From Lobosporangium transversale (taxonomy: Eukaryota), in NCBI RefSeq assembly GCF_002105155.1, contig NW_019029083.1:1-35435 (forward strand): a stretch of 35,435 nucleotides of DNA, written 5' to 3'. The notes under the pieces are model-generated. The model was not told the origin of the DNA. It saw nothing but the letters and a program-made list of their open reading frames with translations, and made no database searches. Position 1 is the stretch's first letter. Each line of letters opens with the position of its first letter. The position numbers were made by a program, and so were the translations under genes. Positions 1-13,153 of the stretch are shown piece by piece.

Positions 1-90
1 AAGAAAAACACGAATGCACTAACAGATTAAATGCAACAACAATAATAATAACAATAAAAAAAAGAAATAGTTAAATCAATCCATTCTTTT

Positions 91-1365
91 TTAGATGCTC
101 TTGCCAATGGTCTCGACACGGAAACCAATCTCTCTGAGCTTGGGAGCATCCAAGATCAAACGACCATCGAAAATGAAGGCGGGCTTCTGCATAGAATCAA
201 AGACCTTCTGGTAATCGAGCTGATGCATCTTGAACTCATCCCATTCAGTGCAGATGACAATGGCAGCAGCATCGGCGCAAGCCTCATATGCAGTCTTGCA
301 CACCTGGATATGTTTCTCAACCGTCGCCTCGTTGGTCCCGACACCGGGCTCAGTAAGGTCCATCTTGATCTGCGCAGCACTGACCTTGGGGTCGTAAATA
401 GCAACATTGGCGCGCTCCTGAATAAGATAGCTGCAGAGAGTAATCGCCGCAGACTCACGCGTATCACCAGTGTCCTTCTTGAAGGCGAATCCGAGAAGGG
501 CAATGCGCTTGTGTGTGACCGTGTTGAAGAGGGTACGAACGATACGATGGGTGAAACGCATCTTTTGATATTCATTCATGGTCACAACAGACTTCCAGTA
601 GGCAGCGACCTCGGGCAAGTGAAGTTGTTCACTCAAGTAGACCAAGTTGAGGATATCCTTCTGGAAGCATGATCCTCCAAATCCGACCGAAGCCTTCAAG
701 AACTTGGGTCCGATACGCGAGTCAGTACCACAGGCATAGGCAACCTCATCAACATCAGCGCCAGTGGCCTCACAAATGGCCGAGAGGGCGTTGATAGAGG
801 AGATACGCTGGGCGAGGAGGGCATTGGCAGCCAACTTTGACAGTTCGGATGACCACAAGTTCATGGTAATGACCTTCTCCTTGGGGATCCAGCGAGTGTA
901 AATATCGACCAACTTTTGCTGAGCTGCAAAGCCCTCTGGGGTTTGGAGGCATCCGATCAAGACACGGTCGGGATTGGTCAAATCGTTGATAGCAGTACCT
1001 TCGGCCAAAAACTCGGGGTTGGACAGGATGTCGAAACGAATGTTCTTGTTGGAGTTGGCCTCAAGAATAGTACGCATACTCTGGGCAGTACGGCAAGGGA
1101 CCGTCGACTTTTCAATGACGACCTTGGAAGAGGTGGCAACCTCGGCGATACGACGGGTCGCTCTCTCAATATATCTAATAGAATCAGAACAAATTGCAAT
1201 GTGAACATTAGACTCTGCAGGGTCCCACGTCTATTTTTGGATATGATTCGATTAAAAAGGTCCAAAAGAACAATAGATCAAAAAGAATCACAAGTAAAGG
1301 GAGGATGTACTTGAAAAAAGTTTTCACCTTCGACCTCAAACGCGTTTCTTTCTCTATAACTGCAC

Positions 1366-1398
<33 letters not shown>

Positions 1399-1774
1399 CT
1401 TTGTCTCTGCAATTGCCCTCACTCGTTCTTAGCTTAAGAGACAAATAGATAAATCACGATCACGTGAATAACACTTACGCAAGGTCGGCTGCCATACCAG
1501 CACCCATACCAGTCTTCTTAGTAGGAGTATTAACGGAGACAAAGATGAGATCGGCATCAATGATGGCTTGATCAACATCGGTTGTGAAGAACAAGTTCTT
1601 GCCACGACGAGCAAAGACGATCTCATCAAGACCGGGTTCGTAAATAGGAAGCTCGTCCGAGTTCCAGGCGTCAATACGGGCCTGGTTCAAGTCCACGATG
1701 GTGACCTTGACGTCATGGCACTGATAGGCAATAACAGCACAGGAAGGACCACCTATTTAAGAGGGAAAGGAGGA

Positions 1775-1805
<31 letters not shown>

Positions 1806-2260
1806 CGCGTATTTAGAATGATTTGCTGATAAAAACACGCAGTTCAAACTGCAAGGTGGAAGAAGTTAAAGATGCTTTATAACGAGCAGGGATCATTTAT
1901 GGTAGCAAGAATCACGTTCTTGCGAACCATGTCCTTCGTGAACAGGGGAACAAAAAAAAAAAAAATTTGTAACACCCAATTTTATGACGTCCTGTGAGAA
2001 TTCAGGGCACCTCCATCATCTTTTTGTCAATTGACTGCAGATATTGGGTTCCGAGTGTCCAGTGATTACTCGCTGGGTCCAGAGATTGGTATCCGATCTT
2101 TCCAACTGGTCAATCAATATGGTCATGGCTTCCTTAAGGGAGACTTCCATTGGGAGGGAGGAAGAGGGGAGATCTCAAAGCAAAGTCATTTGAACAAGTG
2201 AAGAAAAAAAAAAAAAATCTTACCGACATAACCGGCACCAATGCAGCAGATGTTGACCAT
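91..2260 (-). CDS. UGD1: UDP-glucose 6-dehydrogenase, 3 exons (2260-2224, 1752-1479, 1174-91), 464 aa
   Basis: Spliced translation starts [17 protein letters not shown] (Rossmann GxGxxG). It contains [11 protein letters not shown], the catalytic [10 protein letters not shown] and [14 protein letters not shown] motifs. All introns are GT..AG and phase-consistent; CDS total 1395 nt. Confidence 0.97.
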
Positions 2261-2390
2261 TGTGGAGATATTAGAGTTGAAAGGAGGAGTAGTGGTGAGA
2301 AAAAAAAGAAGTTGGAGTTGTGATGCGATGGAGATGAGGATTCAGAAGAAAGGAATGAAAGAAAAAGAAAAGAGATGGCCCTTGTCCAAA

Positions 2391-2459
2391 TATTTTTATA
2401 CTCTTTGAGGTGCAGGGTCCCCCTTCTTCTCCCTTTTACAGTACGGACGCTGATTGGCC
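2391..2459 (-). promoter_or_regulatory. Candidate TATA box and CCAAT box upstream of the UDP-glucose dehydrogenase gene
   Basis: On the minus strand, TATAAAAATA (2400-2391) and GGCCAATCAGC (2459-2449) lie ~130-200 nt upstream of the ATG at 2260. Confidence 0.45.
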
Positions 2460-2973
2460 TGGTTGTCTTGATTCAATTGTTCCTTTTGTTCCTTTGGGAT
2501 CTTAGGGGTGTATGTGTGTCCTCCTTATCGTCGAAAATGTATAATAAGAAAATAAATTGAAAACAAGCGGTTATTTTTGGTCAAAGGTTATTAATAAAAA
2601 CTTTGATTCGTCTTTATTCCTTTCTGACTATCTTTGTGCACACTCCAACACTTTTTATTGGACTTTCTTTTTTTTTTTCCTTTTTTTATCCACTGTGCAC
2701 TCCCTTACATCGATGCAATTCGTTCTTCATATACTCACTCTTATACTCCTGTGCTCTTTTACTCAGCAGATCCATTCAACTTTTTAATCAGTTCCTCTTG
2801 CCAATGAGCATCCATCCTTCCTCCCTTCCTTCCTTCCCGCTGCCTTTTATTTTATCTTATTTTATTTCATTTCATCTTATTTATTCCATACTATTTTCTC
2901 GGAGGCAAGAAAAGAGGGAGACAAAGAAGGGGGGGGGGAAGGAAATGGCGGAAACCACGACTATGCAAAAGGG

Positions 2974-3006
<33 letters not shown>

Positions 3007-3409
3007 CTATCAAAATATCTGCCTTCTTCCGACATGCCGATCTTTCCTCGCCTCTCCACCTTGCTCCTAGTCTACTCTGACACAATCGCGAAAAATCTAG
3101 GCCGGAGCAACAAGGGTGATCCATCTATCTCTACAACCAATACAGGTTTAAACTTTCCTTTCTATAACAATGATCGGAGCAAGACGCTTAATGGATTGAT
3201 GAAACCAGTAAAGGAAATGATGCTCACTTCTTAATGGGATATAAGATATATTAACATTGTTATTACATATATAAATATACCACAATCATTCCAAAGGACC
3301 GTGAATATGTAACTCAATGGATGTCTGTTTTGACGCGATCAGTTTTTTCTGGTTCTCAAAATCGATTACGTAAATTAATTCTTTACATCTTTGAATGTCT
3401 GTTCCCAGG

Positions 3410-3440
<31 letters not shown>

Positions 3441-3871
3441 CATGTACATTGAATGTTCTTCCTTCTTTTTCTTCCTTCCCCCCCTTTTTTTTTTTTTTTT
3501 TTTTTATCAAATGGCTTGTGCACGGATATCGGAGCAAGCTTATGATGGATTAGAATAGTCAGATGTGAGAAGTGTTCTTATCAATTTCGTCTTCTATCAC
3601 CTTCATAGAAAGATATTAGCAAAAAAAAAAAAAAAAATAATAGAAAGAGAGATAAGGAATGGGAGGCGTAAGCAAGCATGAGACAATGATGAGTTGGTTG
3701 TGTTAAGGAGAAGCTTTTCAAAAAGGTTGTCCGAGCTTCGTTCGATCTAGCTCTGAGGAGACAAGTCATAGTCCTACATCTGATTACCCAACAAGGCCTC
3801 TCCTTTTAATATCTCTCTCTCAAAAAAAGCATTTTATATACAAGGAAAAAAAAAAAAAAAAAAAAGAAACA

Positions 3872-3925
3872 AATAATAATGATAATAATAATGATAATAA
3901 TAATGATAATAATAATGATAATAAT
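3872..3925. repeat. Compound AAT/GAT microsatellite (ATAATAATAATG-type 12-mer)
   Basis: Directly visible tandem array just downstream of the PEX11 stop codon. Confidence 0.85.
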
Positions 3926-4030
3926 TGACAATAGTTATTACATTTATTGCTTTCTAAAAATCGAATTTTTTCTTGAACCATGCCACACCCATAATTGCAT
4001 AGCTCGTTCAAAAAGTACTGTAGACTGAGC

Positions 4031-5631
4031 TTATGCCTTGTTGACTTTGTTGACTTTCTCCCATTGAGTCTGAGCTCCCATGATGGCAGTAGCAGTACTA
4101 AACAACAAAAGGAAGAGCGAGGTATACATCAGATCCCAAATGCACGATTGAAATCAAAGTCTAGAAAGCATGGTACAAACAAACAAACAAAAAAAAAAAA
4201 AAAAAAAACCCTAAAACACAAAGTAGAACCCTTACCCAATAAGACCCACGGCCCCGTCGTCCAAGTTAAGGTAACCCAAACCAGTGGCAGGGATGAGCAT
4301 ATCCAAACCGTCTTGGAGGAGCTGTTTGTTGACAGTGTGCTGCTCCCTATAATAAAAGACGGAGAAATTAACCCACGTCAGTATAAATATTCATTAGCAA
4401 GACAAGACAATTAAAGTCATGGATGTCGACTGGGCTGATGAAGAGGCCGAATCGAAAGTCACGACATGTATAAATAAATAAGAAAGAATATGTTCTGCAG
4501 TATACGTACTTTGCAATAGCCTTAAGCTGAGCACGAGCGTCCGACTTCTCAGATTCACTGTTATTAGAGAGACCACGGGCGGCAGCCTCGCGACGGATCT
4601 GGAGCTGGCGAGTCTTGTACAATCCGCTGACGAATCCGAAAATGATTCCGGCCAACCAGAACCTGCTGGCGAGCTCGTTATACTTCTTGATATTCTTAAA
4701 CTTGTAGGCACCTGATCCATCGATCTAGTCACAAATATAACAAAACAAAATCAGCCAATCTGCACTTTCAGCGCAATGGGCGTAGGGAGGCTTTCAAGCA
4801 TGAAGATTATGACGCAATCAGCTACTTACAAAGATAATTCCATCAAAGGTCAAGTAACCGGCGTAGGCCAACTGCTTGCCAATGGTGAAGAATCGCAAGA
4901 TTTCATCCTTGACTGATGTGGCCTTGGCAGCGTTTTCCAAGTGCTCAATTGGCTTGCCTATTGGATAATGAAGAGGAGGAAGAAGAAGAAAACAGAACCG
5001 GATTTTTAAGACTCTTGAATCGCGGTTTTTGATGGACGTATTCATAAATATCTGAAAGATCGAGCAAGCTGCTCCTTACCGAAACGCATCACTAGATCGG
5101 ACATGGCACGTGAAGAATGAAGCAGAAAAGGCAGATCACAGAGGAATTAGTATCCGAGTCGAAGATTAAACAAATGATGGCAGTAAGGGCGTTTTCTGGA
5201 CATCCGGACATGAAGATACTCTTGGGGGAAGTACAAAGCAGCCCTCGGCTGCTTTAGTGTGTACTTGATGCAAAAGCATGAATAAAGTGAACAGAGTCAC
5301 TGTATTTTTTTTTTTTTTTATCATTTTCCAGAATTTTGTTCTCTCAAATAAAAAAAAAAAATGAATTTGCAATTCCTTGAAACATCTCATCCAGATTTCA
5401 AGAACAGAATGAATCCCATGGTCACTTACGCTTGCGAGACAAGCCGAGGGTCTTCTTGAGGTTGTTGAAGCGCGCGACAGTTTCCTTGGTGGCACCCTGG
5501 CGGAGAAGGTACCAAGCGAGGAAGCGGGAGAAATACTGAACAGCTCTGTAGATCTTGTCACGACCAACGGTTGTGGCTGTAAACTTGAGCCAAGGCTGAA
5601 CGTTGATAGGTAAGCTGACGGCAGTAGACAT
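4031..5631 (-). CDS. PEX11: Peroxisomal membrane protein PEX11, 6 exons (5631-5430, 5091-5080, 4957-4830, 4724-4510, 4346-4236, 4097-4031), 244 aa
   Basis: Contains TTVGRDKIYRAVQYFSRFLAW, LGLSRKLMRFGKPIEH and QDGLDMLIPATGLGYLNLDDGAVGLIG, all typical of Pex11. The 735-nt spliced CDS is in frame with canonical splice sites. Confidence 0.95.
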
Positions 5632-6753
5632 GGCGATTGAGTAATGAACAAGAGAGGATCAAGAAGTGGTGTAAAGGAATAGAATGAGTTGTTTCTTGGT
5701 GAAAAAGAGAAAGCGGGGGAGTTTTTTTTTTTTTTTTTTTTTTTTTTCGGTCTTTAATACACAATCCCGTGTCACTTGTGTTTCCTCAGTAGAACCCGCA
5801 TGGATGGAAAATATAAGATTTTCCATTGTGTGGGTGGGATGAAATCATAATCTTCAATTGTAAATTGTAATTGTAAATATATTTGTATCGTGTGGTCGGT
5901 CTTCACGTGAATCAGATCTGTTTGGAGCACCGAATCACCAACTAAGCCGAAGATTCAAAAGGAAATGGACAGTTACAGAAGGGAAACAAACTTGATCAAA
6001 CAGATATCCCACGGATTCACTCTCCAGCTTTTTTTTTTTTTCTTTTTCTAGCAAACGCACAGGACACATTCAAAAAAAAAAAAGAAAAAACAGCAAAAAT
6101 CAAGCCACGCTTGGATGAAGAAGGATGACAATGATCTGTCTAAATGACAAAGAAGAGCAACCCGTGTGGTTTTACCAAAGAAATTGACCATCCGAAATGA
6201 TCCTTTTTTGTCCTCAATCTCATCACTGCTTATTGGTAAATTGGTACAACGATACTGAGAAAGTCACCGATATTGCGATCAATAACTCACCAATTCCTCT
6301 TGTGCTTTCACTGACAGGGACAAAACATTTAACAGTTCATATTAATGAATTATTTGGGTGGGACTATTTTTTTTTTTTTTTTTTTTTTTTTTTGACCCAA
6401 TGGCCTTGCGTCTTTGTCATTGCCACTGGTATTCATGGCAGTTGTGTACCTAATTTTTCTTACTCCAAAATATCGTCCCTTTGCCCACCATTCACACATT
6501 CTCATCTTCCCATCTCTTTCATCGCACATCATCGACCTCTCTTGAACTTGCAGCTTTTACTGATCTCTACTCCACTTTGCTCTATTCTGCTTCACTTTAG
6601 TCTACTCCACTCAGCCCTTTACCTTGTCATAAAAGGCCTATATTTTCGCACACACATATATATAGATATATAGATATACATATTTCTGCATTGAATATAA
6701 TCGATATTCTCAGCAGAAACGAACCAAAGCCATAGAAGCAATCATAGCCATTG

Positions 6754-8690
6754 ATGGCGAAGACTTATGGAACCATGTCTGAGGCCGACCCCGTCCTCTA
6801 TTCGTCGTCTTCCAACACAATTATCGCTCGTTCCGGTAGTCCTACCAGCGTTGGCAAGCAGACAAACGATAGTAGGAGTTGTAGTAGTCCAATCCGATCC
6901 AATATTGGTGGAAACCATGAGCGACACTCTTCTGACGAGTCCCCCTTGTTGAATCATGGATCACACGGTAATCATGATATTGGTCATGGTAACGAGGTTG
7001 GTCCATCTGCTGGCTTCTGGAGCTGTGTAAGTTCAAATCCTAATGATCCTAGTACACAATGGGGGTGTTGGGTGCAAGCATTTTTTGGAGTTACGTTGGG
7101 CGCTGTTAGATCCGCAGTTACGTTGGGCGTTATTGTATTAATAGTCCTATTATGTAACACATAAGAACTTTCCGCCATCTATTATATTCGCTAATTTTTT
7201 TTTTTTTCTTCTGTTTCGCTTTCTCCACAATGTGTTTAGACAATTAATTTGGCCAATACCATTCTAGGTACAGGCATGCTTGCCATGGTAAGTTCTGGCT
7301 GAGAATTCGCTTTTATGCCAGCAAAAGAATAAAGAATAAAAATATATAACCTTGACTCTGATTCCTGTGATCTTTTCATTATTCTTGATAGCCTGGAGCA
7401 CTAGCAGCTGTGGGAATGATCTTAGGAAGCTTCATGATAGTATTTTCAGCCTTTGCATCTGGACTTGGACTTTACTTTTTGACACGGAGTGCTAGTAGGA
7501 CTGAAGGCCGATCAGCGTCATTCTTTGCCTGTTCGAAACTCACATACCCTTGGGCAGCAGTGATTTTTGATTTTGCAATCGCAATCAAATGCTTTGGTGT
7601 CGGTATCTCTTACTTGATCATTATTGGAGATCTGATGCCTGAAGTCGTAAAATCTATGAGTACACTGGCGTTTGTTGCGGCAGGCGGTGATGGATCAGGA
7701 GATATGGATCCCATTCTCTGGTTCCTGATCGACCGTCGCTTTTGGATTACTATTTTCATGGGCATCATCGGTCCATTGTCCTTTTTGAAGAAGTTGGATT
7801 CGCTCAAGGCCACGAGCGCACTGGCTCTTGTTGCAGTTGTCTATTTGGTTTTCATCGTTATATATTATTATGTGAATCCGGAAGGACCTTTACCACCCAA
7901 GGAGGATATTCAGTATTTTAAATTTTCAGGACAGTTCTTTACAACGCTTCCGATCTTTGTCTTTGCCTTCACATGCCACCAAAACATCTTTTCTTGCTAC
8001 AATGAATTGACGGATAACGGCCAAAGTATGTTGAACAGGATCATCACAAGCTCTATTGGAGCGGCTGTTGGCGTGTACCATGTCATCGGTGTATTGGGAT
8101 ACTTGACGTTTGGAAATGCTGTCGGAAGTAATATTATCCAAATGTACAACTCTTCTATGTTGGTCACGATTGGTCGTATCGCCATTGTGGTTCTAGTGAT
8201 GTTCTCTTTCCCACTGCAGTGTCATCCCTGTAGGGCCTGTCTGGACAAGGTGCTATTCGCTTTTGGAGAGTATTGGCAAACGACACGTTTCGGCAAGGCC
8301 AAGAAATATAACTCACTAAACTCCCATGATGCTGATGAAGATCATGCCTCAAACACAGCTACTCTTATAGGCGCTCATCAACATGACGACCATGGTGGGG
8401 TTATCCCCGAGCCATCACAACTCAAATACATTGTTATGACCTCTGCAATTATTCTTGGAAGCTATATTGTTGCGATAACTGTTTCGGAGCTGGAACTTGT
8501 CCTGTCGCTTGTGGGCTCGACTGGATCGACAGCAATCTCGTTTATTTTACCAGGAAGCTTCTACTATAAACTACACGTAAACGACCCTTGGACTGTACGC
8601 AAGATGCTGTCAGTGGGTCTGTTGACCTATGGATGGCTTGTCATGATCATCTGTCTGTCAGCCAACATTCGCCGTATTATTAGTGGATAA
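6754..8690 (+). CDS. Vacuolar amino acid transporter (Aa_trans/AAAP, AVT5/6/7-like), 3 exons (6754-7026, 7240-7287, 7392-8690), 539 aa
   Basis: Motifs INLANTILGTGMLAMP, AIAIKCFGVGISYLIIIGDLMP, PIFVFAFTCHQN and GSTGSTAISFILPG, with many hydrophobic helices. The N-tail carries a DESPLL dileucine motif. Confidence 0.93.
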
Positions 8691-9349
8691 GATGTATTAT
8701 ATATTTGGAACATGTATGGGAAATGCAACAAGAGCTGGGACGTTTGATTGATTGTTGCATAGATTTTTTTTTTTCGTTTCCTATAACAAATAGTGTATCA
8801 TTCGTTCATAATTAATACATGTATTTATTCCAAATCCTTTTTTGCACTGTTACAAAGCACTGTGGTAATGAAGATCCTTCGTGCTTTGTCTTTTTCTTTT
8901 CTTTTGATACTTCGCTCTTCTCCTTTTTCCTTCTTCCTCACTGCCAACCAGAACATGTAAAAAAAAATTTAAAAAAAAAAAAAAATGGCCCCTTACTTTG
9001 CGTGGCAAATTTGGGTGAACTTGACCATGATGCTTTGACCTGACTGACTTGTTCCCAACTGAGCCTCAAGTTTGGAATGAGATTCCCAATTGTCAGTTCA
9101 TTCAGTCTCATTTCACTCTTTCCCAACTCTCCTACTTTTTTTTCACTCGTTTGCATTTCCTTGGGTCTTTTTATTTTATTTTTTTTTTTTTTATTTTTTT
9201 TTATTTTTTTTTTATAAACGAATAAACGAATAAACGGTGCTGTACCGCCTACGGTTTTGCAACGAAAACCTGACCAAACAGTAAAGTCCGAACATCTTTC
9301 AAACAGAAATCCTTCCCATCCGCATCACTTGTTGGTAGCTTTGGTCAGG

Positions 9350-9967
9350 ATGGAGTCACCCCTACTCAATCATGTGAACGAGTTGAAGGACAAAGGACCC
9401 AGACGATGGTTTATTCTGGCCATGTCGTGCTTACTTCTTTTTGGCAATTACTTTGGTATGAAGAATTAGCGCGCGTGACTTTCTCTTAGTTTGCAGTATT
9501 TTGTCTGTACAGTTACAAGTTTGGCTCACAACCTTGCTAAAAACTAACTTGATGCATATGTCTTTTTCCCTGCATCTCCTGCATGTTCTGCATGCGGCAC
9601 CGAAAAAAAAAAAAAAAAAAAAAAAAAATAGCCTACGACAATCCTGCTGCACTCAACACCCAACTTCAGAAATACTTAGAAATCCCCTACAACGATTATC
9701 AATATCTTCTGTCTACGCTCTACAGTGTCTATTCTTTACCCAATACTATCCTACCTTTCTTGTTTGGGTCTCTTGTAGACAGATTTAGTCCTCAAAGGGT
9801 GTTGTTGATGCTCAGTGGCTGTGTCTGTATTGGTCAGACCATCTTCTCGATCGGAGTTCAATCTCGGAAGGTGTGGATGATGCTTTTGGGACGAGCCATC
9901 TTTGGAATTGGTGGTGAGAGCTGTAGTGTTGCACAAGCCAGTATCACAACTATGCAATTCAGGTGAG

Positions 9968-9998
<31 letters not shown>

Positions 9999-12186
9999 TC
10001 TGAGTTAAAGTATCATGGAGCTTCCTGTCAGAAACTCCCCCTTCCCCCATCTGCAAGATCCAACGTTCTTATGAGGGGGGTAATTTGTTCATCATTTACA
10101 AATAGGGGACATGAGCTTGCTCTTGCATTAGGACTAAATCTTTGTATTGCAAGATTTGGTAAGTAAGATTTAAGATTTGGGTCCAAGCGTTTTTTTTTTT
10201 TTTTTTTTTTTTTTTGAAAAAAATTTACCAAGACTATTTACAGCTTTTCAACTTTTATTCTTTGTTTGGTTAAGGATCTGTCGTGAACTCCATCATCACA
10301 CCATGGATTGAGCAACTATGGGGCGTCCCAACAGCAATATGGGTAGGAACACTCAGTTGTGTGGCGTCATTTTTATCCGCAGTTGCTCTGGTCTGGATGA
10401 TCAACAACCCTCCTCCATTCACACCAACTACACCCCAAAAGGAAGAGCAAGATGTAGCACCATTGCTTTTGGATGCACCAAACCCTAATACCAATAACAA
10501 TGCGAACAGCGGGCTTTGTCTTACAGTAATTGACCATACTGGAACGCCTCATGCACATGCACCGCTGCCCATTATCTGTCCCCCTACAGAGTTTGCTATC
10601 GTTCAGCACCTGCCTGGGGCTTTAATGCAAGAGGATAGCCTCGTAGGGTCGGTTGATAATACCCTGTTTACACCAGATACCGCTGAGTCATCCACACGAG
10701 CATCTCTTCATATCACTAACGCAGACTATCTACAGAAGCAAGAGCTTTGGTGGATGCAGTGGTGGGAAGGTCTCAAGTTCTTTCCATCTTCATTCTGGCT
10801 GCTCTGTGCCATGACTGTGCTGCTCTACAGCACGGTTGTACCATTCAATAATGTCGCAAGTGACTTCTTGCAATCAAAATGGTATCCTAATAACCCCCGA
10901 AAAGCCACTACAATCATGAGCATACCCGATACCATTGGCGCCTTCTTAGGTCCTTGTCTGGGCATTATAGTAGATCGATATGGAAGACGTGCAAGCATCC
11001 TGATCGCATCCACAATTGTTTTGGTGATTGTCCATACTACCCTGGGTTTTACTATGATCAATCCCATATTTGCGTTCTCATTACTTGGTATAGCCTATGC
11101 GATGTATGGTGTTGCTATCTGGCCTTCCTTTGCGTGGTAAGCAAGTGCTTCTTTTGATGCCAGTTAGAGAAACAGAGAGAAAAGGGAAATGGAAATTATA
11201 AATAGCTTTACAACACAACCATGCTATCGTTCTCAATGCTTTCAATTTATTCCTTTTAAATTAGTGTCATCACGAGCGAATTGCACCTTGGTAAAGGGTA
11301 TGGGATCGGTTCAAGTTTTCTCAACATCTCATTAACCGCGGTGCCTCCAATCGTGGCCACAATCCGTGTGTTGTGCGGAAGCTTCGTCCCCGTAGAGGTT
11401 TTCTTTATTTCAGTGGGGCTTGTGGGGACCGTAGTGGGATTCATACTGAAGGGGATCGATTGTCGGGATGGAGGTGCGCTGGAAGCACCGGAGATCCATG
11501 TTGAAGCACCGGTTATTATGTCACAGCCTTTAGCGGGCTCAGTTCCTCCCTCGGCAATTGCATCTCCAGCGATGTCTCTGGCTCGATACCAGCTTTCGGA
11601 GGATCAGAGGCGCCTTCGACTGATTATGCTTAGATCATCAATATCTGAATCTGGGCTTGGCTGGATGCCAAAACGCTTGGAGGATTATAGCGACGATGAT
11701 GGAGTTGATGATGGTAATGATAGCAATACTAACAAGTACAGCCAGCAGAACGCATTTCTAATTCAATGGGAAGCACAAGGCGAGAATTCATCAGCCAAAC
11801 CGTCGTCCGTCTATAGTCCAGATTCACCAGCACCTTCATCACTCATGCTGAAGAAGATGAGGAGGAGATATCGACGATGCCATGACCGGACACTACTATA
11901 TCAGGCGCTTGGGAAGATCAGAAGCCCATTACTTCGTCAGCATTCATCCAGCTCCCGTTATGGGTCAATACCATCGCCATCCACCGCTACAATGCAAGAC
12001 GAACAATGGAATATAGATGAAGAAGCAAAGACTCTCCTCGACCCAGAATGTTACAGCGTGAGTGAGTATCCTATTCTCTATAACCCATTACGGGGAAGCT
12101 CGGGTAGTTTTCGGATCAGTAGAAATGTACAGCCAGTGACATTGGATGAAGCCAGGGGAGAGGGACGAATTCCTCAAGATGACTAA
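9350..12186 (+). CDS. MFS transporter, MFSD1-like (lysosomal/vacuolar), 5 exons (9350-9455, 9632-9962, 10106-10158, 10275-11136, 11265-12186), ~757 aa
   Basis: Spliced FGNYFAYDNPAAL, LYSVYSLPNTILP, GRAIFGIGGES and GHELALALGLNL match MFSD1-family motifs; also GIIVDRYGRR (MFS motif A). Exon phases are consistent. Confidence 0.9.
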
Positions 12187-12401
12187 GCGGTAGGGTCAGG
12201 AGAGTATGATAAGAATGAAGAATGAATCTGGTGAAGGCTCTGCTGCCCAAAAATTGAGGATTCAAGAATGGGAATGACAACTATGTATGACAGAATGACT
12301 GATACCAAAGCTGCATAGAAGTGAGAACAAGGTCTAATGCTTTAATGATTGGAGCGACACTCCCAAAGAAGCTCGGCTCTTTCTGTTGTAAACTGCTTAA
12401 C

Positions 12402-12404
<3 letters not shown>

Positions 12405-12449
<45 letters not shown>
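12405..12449. repeat. (ATT)15 microsatellite
   Basis: Perfect trinucleotide array between the convergent 3' ends of the MFS and MAPEG genes. Confidence 0.95.
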
Positions 12450-12583
12450 TTAAGAAAAATATTAAATAGCAATAATAAAGAAAAGTTGTATGAAATAACA
12501 ACTTTTTAAAATTGATATATTTATTCATTTATTCAAAGTAATGTAGTAAGATGAAGTTTTTTTTTTTTTTTTTTTTTTGCTGC

Positions 12584-13153
12584 TCATGAGCGCGATACGA
12601 TTAGATCATAAGCAAACTTGCCCATAAAGCCCAAAAGACCAAACTCGCCAATGTGGCCAAATGCACCGATCAGTCGTGCAGAGGGTCTACCGGTGGTATA
12701 TCCGAAATAATAAAAGATCCTTCCTAGGCACCAAACACCACCCAGAACGGCTGAAGGGATCGGATAGACCACACCAATGAGCAAGAGCATTGCTAAGTAG
12801 CCCGTGAAGCCCTCAAGGGTATTTTGGTGAACGCGTTGGTAGCAGTTGAAGATGAGTTTTTGATGATCTTCTTTGCATTCTGCAGCATCTGCATAGAGGA
12901 ATGGTAAAGGGACTTGAGCGATTTTGCGGTAGCTGGTTACTCGTGCACCGAAGAATATGGTCAATGCAATTGAGAAAGCTGCAATGATCACAACCTGGGG
13001 TTGAGAGAGAGAGAGAGAGAGAGAGGAAGAAGAGAAGAACTTGTTTAGCTTCTAGTTCTTGAAAAGATAATTTGTAAAAAAAAAAAAAAGAAAAAGAAAA
13101 AGAAAAGTTCAACTTACATAACCGTATTCAGGGGTAAGTTTAAAAGCATCCAT
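12584..13153 (-). CDS. MAPEG family microsomal glutathione S-transferase 3-like, 2 exons (13153-13118, 12994-12584), 148 aa
   Basis: Starts MDAFKLTPEYGYVVI and contains FNCYQRVHQNTLE and GRIFYYFGYTTGRPSAR, signatures of MGST3-type MAPEG proteins. Confidence 0.93.

Noticed and set aside
2375..4011. Short poly-Lys/poly-Phe ORFs here and in other intergenic regions
   Set aside because: Artefacts of poly(A)/poly(T) tracts and microsatellites.
4423..4467. Hammerhead-ribozyme-like CTGATGA...GAAA antisense to PEX11 intron 4
   Set aside because: No stem I can form, stem II would be only 2 bp, and the cleavage triplet would end in G (not NUH). It is just a hairpin.
7089..7129. 14-bp direct repeat AGTTACGTTGGGCG in AVT intron 1
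   Set aside because: A small local duplication with no further structure or functional evidence.
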